From positions 3,776,001-3,840,000 of the forward strand of contig OY762926.1 of NCBI GenBank assembly GCA_963666735.1: a stretch of 64,000 nucleotides of DNA. The letters are read 5' to 3'. Source of the stretch: Gemmatimonadota bacterium (GTDB lineage Bacteria > Gemmatimonadota > Gemmatimonadetes > Palauibacterales > Palauibacteraceae). A model generated the notes under the pieces. The model worked only from the letters and a program-made list of their open reading frames with translations. It was not told the origin of the DNA and made no database searches. The position numbers and the translations under genes were made by a program. Shown here piece after piece: positions 17,436 to 26,844 of this stretch. The first letter of the stretch is position 1; each line of letters opens with the position of its first letter.

Positions 17436-20400
17436 ATGGCCTACCGGCCAATACCGGAGTCCGTACGCGGACTCGAAGCCGAAATCCTCGCACGCTGGGA
17501 GGAAGAGACGACGTTCGAGCGCAGCCTTGCGGCCCGAGCGGATGCGCCGGACTTCGTGTTCTACGAGGGGCCGCCGACCGCGAACGCCGCGCCCGGCGTC
17601 CATCACATCCTTGCCCGCACGATCAAGGACGCGGTGGCGCGATACCGCACCATGTCCGGTTCCCACGTGCCGCGGAAGGCGGGCTGGGACACGCACGGGC
17701 TGCCGGTGGAACTCGAGGTCGAGCGTTCGCTCGGCATCTCCGGCAAGCCGGACATCGAGGGCTACGGGATCCGAAGGTTCAACGACAAGTGCCGGAACAA
17801 CGTGTTCCGCTACCAGGATGCCTGGGAGCGGCTGTCCCGGGACATCGGCTACTGGCTGGACTACGGCGACCCGTACGTCACGTACTCGCCGGAGTTCATC
17901 GAGTCGGGCTGGTGGGCGCTGTCGGAGATCGAGAAACGCGGCTTGCTGTACCGGGGATACCGCGTCATCCCGACGTGCCCGCGCTGCGGCACCGGACTCT
18001 CGAGCCACGAGGTCGCGCAGGGCTACCGGGACGTGACCGAGCCCGCGGTCTACATGAAGTTCCATCTTGAGGACGACCCGGACGGCGCGCGTATCCTGAG
18101 CTGGACCACGACCCCCTGGACGCTTCCGGGCAACCTCGGCCTCGCCGTGGGCCCGGACATCCCCTATGCCCGCGTACGCGTCCTGCCCGAGGGCGAGAGC
18201 GACGGCGGGGGCGAGGACGGCGGCGCCACCCCCGCGCGGGCGCACGACGGGCCCGGCGGGGCTTCGCCCGGCGAGGTGCTCATCCTGGCCCGCGACCGCA
18301 TCTCCGAGGTGCTGCGGCACCCGCATGAGATCATCGGGGAAGTGAGCGCCGGCGATCTCGCCGGGCGGCGCTACCGCCCGCTCTTCGAGGGAGCGGTGGA
18401 CCGCGCCGGCTCCGATACCGCGTGGACGGTGCTCGAGGCGGACTTCGTCACGGTCGACGAAGGGACGGGCGTCGTGCACACCGCGGTGATGTACGGCGAA
18501 GACGACTTTCGGCTGGGCGAGGCCGCGGGGCTGCCGATGCAGCACACGGTCGGCGAAGACGGGCGTTTTCTCGACACCGTGCCGGGCGGACTCGCCGGCA
18601 TGCACGTGAAGGATCGAGAGACCGAACGCGCGCTCCGCGACTGGGCCGTCGCGCACGACCAGTTGTACCTGCGCGAGATGTATGAACACAGCTATCCCCA
18701 CTGTTGGCGCTGCGACAGCCCGCTTCTCTACATGGCGCGCGATTCCTGGTACATCCGGACGACCGCCGTGAAGTCGCGCCTGCTGGAGCACAACGCGTCC
18801 ATCGACTGGCACCCGCCCGAGACGGGGTCCGGCCGCATGGGCGAGTGGCTGCAGAACAACGTCGACTGGGCGCTCTCGCGCGAGCGGTACTGGGGAACCC
18901 CCCTCCCGATCTGGCTCTGCTCCGAGGACGACGCACACCGGGAGGTGCTCGGATCCTTCGCGGAACTGGGTCGCCGGGTCGGCGGCCTCCCGGAGGACTT
19001 CGATCCCCACCGGCCGGGGATCGACGCATACGAGTGGAACTGCGGCGCCGAGGCGTGCGGCGGCACGATGCGCCGCGTGCCCGAAGTCGCCGACGCGTGG
19101 TTCGACTCGGGCTCGATGCCCTACGCCCAGTGGCACTATCCGTTCGAGAACCGGGACACCTTCGAGCGCTACTTCCCGGCCGACTACATCGCCGAGGGCG
19201 TCGACCAGACTCGCGGCTGGTTCTATTCGCTCCTCGCGCTGTCCACCATCCTCTTCGACCGCGCACCCTTCCGGGCCGTCGTCGTCAACGACCAGGTGCT
19301 CGACGCGAAGGGACGGAAGATGTCCAAGTCGCGGGGCAATGCCGTGGATCCGCGCGACGCGCTCGACACCTACGGGGCCGACGTCACGCGCTTCTATTTC
19401 CTCTCCGGGTCCAACCCCTGGGTGCCGAAGCGTTGGGACCCGTCGGCGCTGCGCGAGACCGACCGCAAGCTGTTCGCCACGCTCCGTCACACGTACCGCT
19501 TCTTCGCCCTCTACGCGAATGAGGAGGGGTGGTCCCACACCGCGTCCGCCGCGGCCCCCGTCTCCGACCGAAGCGACCTCGACCGCTGGGTGCTCGCGCG
19601 CCTCGACCGGGTCGTGGGGCGGGTGGGGGCGGCGCTGGAGTCGTTCGATCTCACCGCCGGCGCGCGCGCCATCCAGGAGTTCGTGCTCGACGATGTGTCG
19701 AACTGGTACGTGCGCCGGAGCCGCGACCGCTTCTGGGCGACGCAGCCGGGGACCGCGGCCGCGAGCGGCGATGCCTTCGCGACGCTGCACGAATGTCTCG
19801 CCACGACCGCGCGGCTGCTCGCCCCGTACGCCCCGTTCATGTCCGATTGGCTGTACCGGGCGCTCACGGACGACACATCCGTCCACCTGGCGGATTTCCC
19901 GGAGCCGAAGGGGCACTCGGAGCCCGAACTCGAACAGGCGATGGACGACGTTCGGCGCCTGGTCGCCCTGGGCCGGGCCGCGCGGGAAAAGGCGGGGGTC
20001 CGGATTCGGCAGCCGTTGCGCGCACTGCACGCGGTTCTGCCCGAGGGGCGGGCGCTCGCCGACCCCATGGCGGCGCTCGCGATGGAAGAACTCAACGTCA
20101 AGAAGGTTGTGTCGCTGGCGGACAGCGAAGATCTTACCCGGCTATACGCCAAGCCTCGGTTCGGGGCGCTGGGTCCGAAACACGGAGGGCGTACGCCGGC
20201 CGTCGCGGCCGGGATCGCGAATCTGGGCGGGGAGGCCCTGAGACGGCTCAGGGACGGGGAGCCGCTCGACATCGAGATCGGGGGCGAGCGGGTTCGGGTG
20301 ATGCCCGAAGACCTCGTGATTCAGGAGGAGACGCTCACCGATCTCGCCGTGGCGACGGGAGGCGGTTACCTCGCGGCCGTGGATACCGATATCGACGATG

Positions 20401-20690
20401 GGCTGCGCGCCGAAGGTTACGCGCGGGAGATCGTGAACCGCGTCCAGCGGCTGCGGCGCGATGCGGGGCTCGAGGTCGCCGACCGCATCCGTCTCGGCGT
20501 GGCGGGTCCGGAGGAGCTGGAACGGGCCGTGTCGACGCACAAGGATTACATCGCCGGCGAGACGCTGGCCGTGGAAGTGCGAACCGGGTCGGCCCCGCGG
20601 GGCGGCCTGAATACATCTGTGGTGAAGATCGACGACGTCGAGGTCCGCATCGGAATCGGCGGGGTCGGCGAACGCGCTTGCGAAGGATGA
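17436..20690 (+). CDS. ileS: Isoleucyl-tRNA synthetase, type 2
   Basis: YEGPPTAN, GVHH in place of HIGH, GWDTHGLP, WTTTPWTLP, EGVDQTRGWF, KMSKS, type-2 C-terminal extension. Confidence 0.97.
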   Translation: MAYRPIPESVRGLEAEILARWEEETTFERSLAARADAPDFVFYEGPPTANAAPGVHHILARTIKDAVARYRTMSGSHVPRKAGWDTHGLPVELEVERSLGISGKPDIEGYGIRRFNDKCRNNVFRYQDAWERLSRDIGYWLDYGDPYVTYSPEFIESGWWALSEIEKRGLLYRGYRVIPTCPRCGTGLSSHEVAQGYRDVTEPAVYMKFHLEDDPDGARILSWTTTPWTLPGNLGLAVGPDIPYARVRVLPEGESDGGGEDGGATPARAHDGPGGASPGEVLILARDRISEVLRHPHEIIGEVSAGDLAGRRYRPLFEGAVDRAGSDTAWTVLEADFVTVDEGTGVVHTAVMYGEDDFRLGEAAGLPMQHTVGEDGRFLDTVPGGLAGMHVKDRETERALRDWAVAHDQLYLREMYEHSYPHCWRCDSPLLYMARDSWYIRTTAVKSRLLEHNASIDWHPPETGSGRMGEWLQNNVDWALSRERYWGTPLPIWLCSEDDAHREVLGSFAELGRRVGGLPEDFDPHRPGIDAYEWNCGAEACGGTMRRVPEVADAWFDSGSMPYAQWHYPFENRDTFERYFPADYIAEGVDQTRGWFYSLLALSTILFDRAPFRAVVVNDQVLDAKGRKMSKSRGNAVDPRDALDTYGADVTRFYFLSGSNPWVPKRWDPSALRETDRKLFATLRHTYRFFALYANEEGWSHTASAAAPVSDRSDLDRWVLARLDRVVGRVGAALESFDLTAGARAIQEFVLDDVSNWYVRRSRDRFWATQPGTAAASGDAFATLHECLATTARLLAPYAPFMSDWLYRALTDDTSVHLADFPEPKGHSEPELEQAMDDVRRLVALGRAAREKAGVRIRQPLRALHAVLPEGRALADPMAALAMEELNVKKVVSLADSEDLTRLYAKPRFGALGPKHGGRTPAVAAGIANLGGEALRRLRDGEPLDIEIGGERVRVMPEDLVIQEETLTDLAVATGGGYLAAVDTDIDDGLRAEGYAREIVNRVQRLRRDAGLEVADRIRLGVAGPEELERAVSTHKDYIAGETLAVEVRTGSAPRGGLNTSVVKIDDVEVRIGIGGVGERACEG

Positions 20691-21064
20691 ACGCGGAACA
20701 ACGGAAGCACATCGAGAAGAGGCTGCTGGAAGCCCGGTCGCGCGCGACGCGGGAACTGGGGCAGTACGACGACTCGTTCACGAGCTCCCTTCAGGGGGCG
20801 GACAACGACCTGGCCGCCTACAGCTTCCATATGGCGGACCAGGGGACGGACGCCATGGAGCGCGAGAAGGCCTTCCTGTTCGCGAGCAAGGAGGGTCGGC
20901 TGCTCTACCACATCGACGAGGCGCTGAGGCGGCTCTATCGGAACCCGGAGCAGTTCGGAAAGTGCGAGCACTGCGGCGAGGACGTCAGCTTCGAGCGACT
21001 CGACGCCCTCCCGCACGCGCGGCTCTGCATCCGGTGCAAGGAGAAGGAGGAGACGGGTGCCTGA
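20687..21064 (+). CDS. TraR/DksA C4 zinc-finger protein
   Basis: HMADQGTD coiled-coil tip, CEHC...RL.ALP.ARLCIRC. Confidence 0.9.
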   Translation: MNAEQRKHIEKRLLEARSRATRELGQYDDSFTSSLQGADNDLAAYSFHMADQGTDAMEREKAFLFASKEGRLLYHIDEALRRLYRNPEQFGKCEHCGEDVSFERLDALPHARLCIRCKEKEETGA

Positions 21065-21674
21065 AGCTTCCGAACGCGGGGATGGCGCCACCCCCGAACA
21101 CGAATCGCCCGCGTTGCCGGGCAGCGGGCCGCGCAACAGGCCGGTTGGCGGGCCGGGCAACGGCGATCTCACCGCCCGCCTCTGGCTGACGCTCATTCCG
21201 ATCGTGGTCATCCTCGCGCTGGACATCGCGACCAAGGCGTGGGTCATGAACACGTTCCAGATGTACGAGCAGACGCCGGTGATCGGCGACTTCTTCCGCT
21301 TCACCTACACGCACAACCGCGGCGCGGCGTTCGGGCTCGACATCGGCGAACATTCCCGGATCTTCTTCCTCATCCTCTCCCTGATCGCGCTCTGCGTGCT
21401 CGGCGCCATCTACCGCGGCACGCCGTCCTCGGATCGGCTTCGCATCCTCGCCATCTCGCTCGTCTCCGCCGGGGCGCTCGGCAACATCTGGGATCGCATC
21501 CGGCTGGAAGCGGGCGTCGTCGACTTCCTCGACTTCGGCATCGGTACGAGCCGTTTTCCCATCTTCAACATCGCGGACTCCGCCGTGACGGTCGGTGCGG
21601 TGCTGCTGCTGATCTCGTTCTGGCTCGAGGGCCGGCGCGAGAGAGAGATGGCGGCGGAGGCGACCCCCGAGTGA
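21057..21674 (+). CDS. lspA: Lipoprotein signal peptidase II
   Basis: D..TK, NRGAAFG, GALGN..DR, VVDFLDF, FNIADSA. Confidence 0.95.
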   Translation: MPEASERGDGATPEHESPALPGSGPRNRPVGGPGNGDLTARLWLTLIPIVVILALDIATKAWVMNTFQMYEQTPVIGDFFRFTYTHNRGAAFGLDIGEHSRIFFLILSLIALCVLGAIYRGTPSSDRLRILAISLVSAGALGNIWDRIRLEAGVVDFLDFGIGTSRFPIFNIADSAVTVGAVLLLISFWLEGRREREMAAEATPE

Positions 21675-21675
21675 A

Positions 21676-22680
21676 GTGAGTCCGCCCGAGTCTGACGCGC
21701 GGGGGGATGCGAAGGGTGCGGGCGAACGGCGGCTCATCGAGATCCGCGAGGATGAGGACGCGGCCCGCGACCGGCTCGACCGCCTGTTGGCCGAACATCT
21801 CTCCCTGAGCCGGGCCCGCGTCGTTCAACTCATCGCCGAAGGCCGGGTGACCGTCGGTGGACAGGTCGTGCGGAAGCGGTATCGGCCACGGGCGGGAGAC
21901 CGGATCGAGGTCGCACTCCCTCCCCCGGTTTCCACCCGGCTGAAACCCGAAGACATCCCGGTAGAAATCCGATACGCGGACGAAGACCTCGCGGTGGTCG
22001 AGAAGCCGGCCGGGCTCGTCGTCCACCCCGCCCCCGGCCATCCGGCAGGGACGCTGGTGAACGCCCTCCTCTTCCACCTCGGCGGCCTGTCGAGCATCGG
22101 GGGGGACCGCCGGCCCGGGATCGTGCACCGGCTGGACAAGGACACGAGCGGGCTCATGCTCGTCGCGCGCCGGGACGAGGCGCATCGGGCGCTGTCCGCC
22201 GCGCTCCGGCGCCGTGAGATCGAGCGCGGGTACGTCGCCGCGGCCTGGGGACACCTCGACGAGGAGCGGTTCACGGTGGATCGCCCGATCGGACGCGACC
22301 CGCGCGACCGGAAGCGCATGGCCGTGCGCGAGCCCGGCCGGCCCGCGGTGACGCATTTCAAGCGCCTGGAGCGCTGGAACGCCGCGGAACTGCTCGCCGT
22401 GCGGCTCGCCACGGGGAGGACGCACCAGATTCGGGTGCACCTCCAGTCACTCGGACACCCGGTCGTCGGTGACCCCATCTACGGGCCGGACTGGGAACGC
22501 GGGTTCGGCGGCGCGGGCGGCCGCTGGGCCCAGGAGCTCCGGCGCCGGGCCGGGCGCCTCTTCCTGCACGCCGCGCACCTCGCCTTCGAGCACCCCGAGA
22601 CCGGCGAGGAGCTGTCCTTTGCCTCGTCGCTGCCTTCGCCGCTCCGGGAGGCTGCGGAATGGGCCCGGGCGAGCTCGTGA
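21676..22680 (+). CDS. rluD: RluA-family (RluD-like) pseudouridine synthase with S4 domain
   Basis: RLDR.L, KPAGLVVHP, HRLDKDTSG, GRTHQIRVH, GDPIYG. Confidence 0.92.
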   Translation: MSPPESDARGDAKGAGERRLIEIREDEDAARDRLDRLLAEHLSLSRARVVQLIAEGRVTVGGQVVRKRYRPRAGDRIEVALPPPVSTRLKPEDIPVEIRYADEDLAVVEKPAGLVVHPAPGHPAGTLVNALLFHLGGLSSIGGDRRPGIVHRLDKDTSGLMLVARRDEAHRALSAALRRREIERGYVAAAWGHLDEERFTVDRPIGRDPRDRKRMAVREPGRPAVTHFKRLERWNAAELLAVRLATGRTHQIRVHLQSLGHPVVGDPIYGPDWERGFGGAGGRWAQELRRRAGRLFLHAAHLAFEHPETGEELSFASSLPSPLREAAEWARASS

Positions 22681-22718
22681 GGCGCTCCCGGAGCGCCGGA
22701 TATGCGCCCCCGCAATGG

Positions 22719-22747
22719 TTGACGCATGTCGGAGGGGCGTCTAGCGT
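22719..22747 (+). promoter_or_regulatory. Sigma-70-type promoter; predicted +1 coincides with the ATG at 22754
   Basis: TTGACG (22719-22724) - 17 bp - TAGCGT (22742-22747). Confidence 0.7.
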
Positions 22748-22753
22748 CCCGGC

Positions 22754-22978
22754 ATGAATCAGGGAAGACGCGACCGGAGAAGGGGAGACGCCCCCGCCCG
22801 TGGCCTCCAGTTCGGAATGGCCAACTACGTGGCGTTCGGGCTCGGCCTCACGTCGATCGCCGCCGGGTACGTGCTGCTGGACCGGGGGTCCGTGACGGCC
22901 GCGCCGCTCCTGCTCATCCTGGGCTACGTGGTGTTCCTGCCCGCCGGACTGATCCTCGGCTGGCGTCGGCTCAACTAG
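22754..22978 (+). CDS. Small two-TM membrane protein (DUF3098-like)
   Basis: F...NY..F.LGL..I..GY.LL, T.APLLLILGY. Confidence 0.7.
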   Translation: MNQGRRDRRRGDAPARGLQFGMANYVAFGLGLTSIAAGYVLLDRGSVTAAPLLLILGYVVFLPAGLILGWRRLN

Positions 22979-23063
22979 CGACAGTTCCGCGGGCCTCGGC
23001 TCGGCTGGCGGAACCCGGCCCGTGGGGGCCCCGCCGCGAGACCGCGCGGATCGCCACGATTCG

Positions 23064-23138
23064 GGGCGAATAGCTCAGCCGGTTCAGAGCGCCTGCCTTA
23101 CAAGCAGGAGGTCGGGGGTTCGAATCCCTCTTCGCCCA
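23064..23138 (+). tRNA. tRNA-Val (anticodon TAC), CCA not encoded
   Basis: Acceptor stem GGGCGAA/TTCGCCC, D-arm TAGCTCAG, anticodon arm CCTGC-CTTACAA-GCAGG, T-loop GTTCGAATC. Confidence 0.97.
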
Positions 23139-23151
23139 TTTGGTTACCGAT

Positions 23152-24081
23152 ATGTGGTTCCTGATCGGCACGCTCTCGCGCTGGGCGCTGTTCACGGGTC
23201 TCCTCGTCGCGGTGGGGGCCGTGGCCTTCAAGCTGGTCGTCCTCAGGCGTTACCCCGGGTTCGGGCCGGTCGAGGACGAAGCCGGCGGCGCGATGCCCGG
23301 GAGGCTGGCCGCGCGGATCGGAGGCCTCGCGGTGCTGCTCGCCGGGGCCGGCGCCCTCGGTCGCCTCGCCGCGGAAGTGAGCGTCTTTCGCGATCCGTTC
23401 GAGCCGCTGGGGGCCGAAATCCGTCTGCTCGTCACCGGGACCTCGTGGGGTCGGGCGTGGCTCGGCCAAGTCACCGCCGTCGCCCTCTCCGCGGCGGCTT
23501 TCCTCCTCGCCTCCGCGCGGGGTTCGCGGGCGGAATTCGGCTGGATCGTGGCCACGGCGGGGGTGGCCCTGCTTGCGTATACGCCGGCGTTGGCCGGGCA
23601 CGCGGCCGGCGCCGAACACTTCGTCACTCCGGCGATTGCCGCCGATGTCTTCCACATGGTGGCGGGAGGCGTGTGGCTGGGCACGCTCGCGGTGATGGCG
23701 GGAGTCCTGGTTCTGGGCCGGCGCGGGGGGGCTTCGATCTCGAAGCGCCGCATCGTCGACTGGATCTCGGCCTTTTCGCCGCTCGCGCTGGGCTCGGCGG
23801 CGATCATCGCGGCCACCGGACTCTTCGCGGCGTGGCTCCATCTCGGGACGGTTTCGGCGCTGTGGACCGACCCCTACGGCCGGACGCTGAGCCTGAAGCT
23901 CCTCGTCCTCCTCGGGATCGTGGCTTGCGGCGCGTACAACTGGCGGCGCGCTCCCGGCCGGGTCGCGGAAGCCGGAGGTCCGCCCCGTCTCCCGCGGACC
24001 GTCATCGTCGAGTTGAGCGCGGCGGGTCTGCTCCTCCTCGTTACGGCCGTCCTCGCCGGTACCACGCCCCCCGCCCATTGA
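23152..24081 (+). CDS. CopD-family copper transport membrane protein
   Basis: About 8 TM segments, T.WGRAW, LAGHAA, H...GGVWLG, T.YGR.L..KL. Confidence 0.8.
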   Translation: MWFLIGTLSRWALFTGLLVAVGAVAFKLVVLRRYPGFGPVEDEAGGAMPGRLAARIGGLAVLLAGAGALGRLAAEVSVFRDPFEPLGAEIRLLVTGTSWGRAWLGQVTAVALSAAAFLLASARGSRAEFGWIVATAGVALLAYTPALAGHAAGAEHFVTPAIAADVFHMVAGGVWLGTLAVMAGVLVLGRRGGASISKRRIVDWISAFSPLALGSAAIIAATGLFAAWLHLGTVSALWTDPYGRTLSLKLLVLLGIVACGAYNWRRAPGRVAEAGGPPRLPRTVIVELSAAGLLLLVTAVLAGTTPPAH

Positions 24082-24115
24082 CGCTCACGGCACGCCTCCG
24101 CGCGAGCGCCGCACG

Positions 24116-25441
24116 GTGACCGGGATCCCGGAACTCCGCGTCGATGGAGACCGGCTCTGGGGGCGCCTCGAGGAGATGGCGCGCATCGGGGCCACGCCCG
24201 CCGGGGGCGTCCACCGCCTCGCCCTGAGCGACGAGGACCGTCGAGCGCGCGACCTCTTGCGGGCGTGGGCCGAGTCGCTGGGCCTCGCGGTGTCCGTCGA
24301 CGGGATCGGCAACATGTTCGCCCGCCGGGAGGGCCGGGAGGGCCGGGGGGGAACGGGCGGCGCCGCGGCCGAGAGCCGACCCCCTCTCGTGCTCGGAAGT
24401 CACCTCGACAGCCAGCCCACGGGGGGGCGGTTCGATGGCCCGCTCGGCGTCCTCGCGGCGCTGGAGGTGGTGGAAACGCTCGAGGAGCACGGGGTTCGGA
24501 CGGCTCGCGCGATCGAAGTGGCGAATTGGACGAACGAAGAGGGTGCCCGTTTTCCGCCCGCCATGATGGGATCGGGCGTGTTTTCGGGCCGCTTCGACCT
24601 CGCCGACGCGCTCGGCGCGACGGATCCGGACGGGGTCACGGTGTCGGACGCCATCGACCGCATCGGGTATCGCGGCGCGCTCCCCGTGGGGGGCCGCCCG
24701 ATCGCCGCCGCGCTCGAGTTGCACATCGAGCAGGGCCCGATGCTCGAGGAGAACGGCTGCGAGATCGGCGTGGTGACCGGGGTGCAGGGCGCCCGCTGGT
24801 TCGACCTGACGATCACGGGAGAGGAAGCGCACGCGGGGTCCACGCCGATGTCGCGGCGGACGGATCCGGTGGCGGTGCTCGGGCGGCTTCTCGTCGACGC
24901 GTATCGCCGCATCGAACGGGACTTCGCGCCGCACGGACGCCTGACCTTCGGGGTTCTGGCGGCAGAGCCGGCCTCGCGGAACACGGTGCCCGGGCGCGTG
25001 GCGGTCAGCGTGGACCTCCGTCACCCGGACGATTCGACCCTCGACGATATGGAGCGCGCGCTCCGCGAGGAGGCGTCGCGCGCGTGTCTCGCACGGGGAG
25101 CTTCGTGGCGGCTGGAAGACGTCTGGCGCTCCCCGCCGGTCCGCTTCGCGGAGCCGTGCATCGAGGCGGTCCATGCCGCCGCGGAATCCTGCGGATACAC
25201 ATCCATGCGCCTCATGGCCGGGGCCGGCCACGACTCCGTCCACACGAACGACGTCGCGCCGACGGGGATGATCTTCGTCCCCTGCGAAGGCGGCATCAGT
25301 CACAACGAGGCGGAGAACATCACGCCCGCACAGGCAGAGGCGGGGGCCAACGTCCTCCTCCACGCGGCGCTCAGGCTCGTGGAGCCACCGGGGGCTGATA
25401 TGTTGTCCGCGCCAACCCACCAACCAGGAGGCGCCGCTTGA
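24116..25441 (+). CDS. M20 Zn-dependent N-carbamoyl-amino-acid amidohydrolase (beta-ureidopropionase/allantoate amidohydrolase family)
   Basis: GSHLDSQPTGGRFDG, NEEGARF, ELHIEQGP, HAG, GAGHD, SHNEAE. Confidence 0.92.
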   Translation: MTGIPELRVDGDRLWGRLEEMARIGATPAGGVHRLALSDEDRRARDLLRAWAESLGLAVSVDGIGNMFARREGREGRGGTGGAAAESRPPLVLGSHLDSQPTGGRFDGPLGVLAALEVVETLEEHGVRTARAIEVANWTNEEGARFPPAMMGSGVFSGRFDLADALGATDPDGVTVSDAIDRIGYRGALPVGGRPIAAALELHIEQGPMLEENGCEIGVVTGVQGARWFDLTITGEEAHAGSTPMSRRTDPVAVLGRLLVDAYRRIERDFAPHGRLTFGVLAAEPASRNTVPGRVAVSVDLRHPDDSTLDDMERALREEASRACLARGASWRLEDVWRSPPVRFAEPCIEAVHAAAESCGYTSMRLMAGAGHDSVHTNDVAPTGMIFVPCEGGISHNEAENITPAQAEAGANVLLHAALRLVEPPGADMLSAPTHQPGGAA

Positions 25442-26838
25442 CCGCCACGACGAACACCGCCACGGCGAACTCCGCCGGAACCGCAACGGCCCAATGGCAG
25501 GACATCGACCGCCGCCATCACGTCCACCCCTTCGTCGACCCCCGGGTCGTGGCCGAGAAAGGGACGCGCGTGATCGTGGGCGCGGAGGGCCGCCACCTCA
25601 TCGACTCCGATGGCCGGCGCATCCTCGACGGCATGGGCGGCCTGTGGTGCGTGAATCTCGGCTACGGACGCGAGGAACTCGCGAGGGCGGCGTACGACCA
25701 GATGGTCGAGCTTCCCTACTACAACACGTTCTTCCGTTCGGCGCCCCCGGCCACGATCGAACTGTCCCGGGTCCTCGCGGAACTCGCGCCCGGCGCGATC
25801 GCGCACACCTTCTTTTCGAGTTCCGGTTCCGAAGCGAACGACACCATCGTCCGCCTCGTCCGCCGGTACTGGGACCTGCGCGAGAAGCCGGAGAAGAAGA
25901 CGTTCATCAGCCGCACCTACGCCTATCACGGCAGCACGATGGCCGCCGCCAGCCTGGGCGGCTTCGAGGCCATGCACGCGGTGGGCGACCTGCCGTTGCC
26001 CGGCTTCGAGCACGTCATGCCGCCGTACTGGTTCGCCATGGGAGCGCCCGGCGAGACGCCCGAGGAGACCGGCGCGCGGGCGGCGCGGGCGGTGGAGGAG
26101 AAGATCGCGGAACTCGGCCCGGATCGCGTGGCGGCGTTCATCGGCGAACCCGTCATCGGCGCCGGCGGCGTCATCGTGCCGCCGGACAACTACTGGCCCG
26201 AGATCCAGCGGATCTGCCGCGAGAACGATGTGCTCGTGGTCTGCGACGAGGTGATCACCGGCTTCGGCCGCACCGGCGAGTGGTTCGGCGCGCAGAAGTT
26301 CGGGATCGAGGCCGACCTCATGACGATCGCCAAGGGGCTCACCTCCGGCTACGTCCCGATGTCCGCCGTGCTCATGACCGACGCGGTGTTCGATGTGCTG
26401 GCCGGAGGGGGAGTGATCCCGCACGGGTACACCTATTCGGGCCATCCGGTCTCGGCCGCCGTGGCCCTGGAGAACCTCCGGATCATGAAGGAGGAGGGCG
26501 TCGTCGATCGGGTGAGAGAGGACACCGGCCCCTACTTCCAGGCGCGGCTGAGGGAGTTGAACGATCACCCGCTCGTGGGCGAAGTGCGGGGCGTCGGGCT
26601 CGTGGCAGGCGTCGAACTCTCGAAGGACAAGACGACCCGGGAGCTGTTCGAGCCCATGGGCCAGGTGGGAGCCCTCTGCCACGAGCACCTCTACGACGAG
26701 GGGGTCGTATTCCGCGCCATGCGCGACGTCATGTGCACGAGTCCACCGCTCACGATCACGCGCGAGGAGATCGACGAACTCGTGACGAAGGCCCGCGCGG
26801 GGATCGACCGGACGGCGCGCGACCTCGGCCTGATGTAG
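25438..26838 (+). CDS. Class III PLP aminotransferase (SpuC/omega-amine:pyruvate type)
   Basis: GLWCVNLGYGR, SGSEAND, YHGST, DEVITGFGRTG, AKGLTSGY, HGYTYSGHP; TTGA overlap with SD AGGAGG. Confidence 0.93.
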   Translation: MTATTNTATANSAGTATAQWQDIDRRHHVHPFVDPRVVAEKGTRVIVGAEGRHLIDSDGRRILDGMGGLWCVNLGYGREELARAAYDQMVELPYYNTFFRSAPPATIELSRVLAELAPGAIAHTFFSSSGSEANDTIVRLVRRYWDLREKPEKKTFISRTYAYHGSTMAAASLGGFEAMHAVGDLPLPGFEHVMPPYWFAMGAPGETPEETGARAARAVEEKIAELGPDRVAAFIGEPVIGAGGVIVPPDNYWPEIQRICRENDVLVVCDEVITGFGRTGEWFGAQKFGIEADLMTIAKGLTSGYVPMSAVLMTDAVFDVLAGGGVIPHGYTYSGHPVSAAVALENLRIMKEEGVVDRVREDTGPYFQARLRELNDHPLVGEVRGVGLVAGVELSKDKTTRELFEPMGQVGALCHEHLYDEGVVFRAMRDVMCTSPPLTITREEIDELVTKARAGIDRTARDLGLM

Positions 26839-26844
26839 CGGCCC

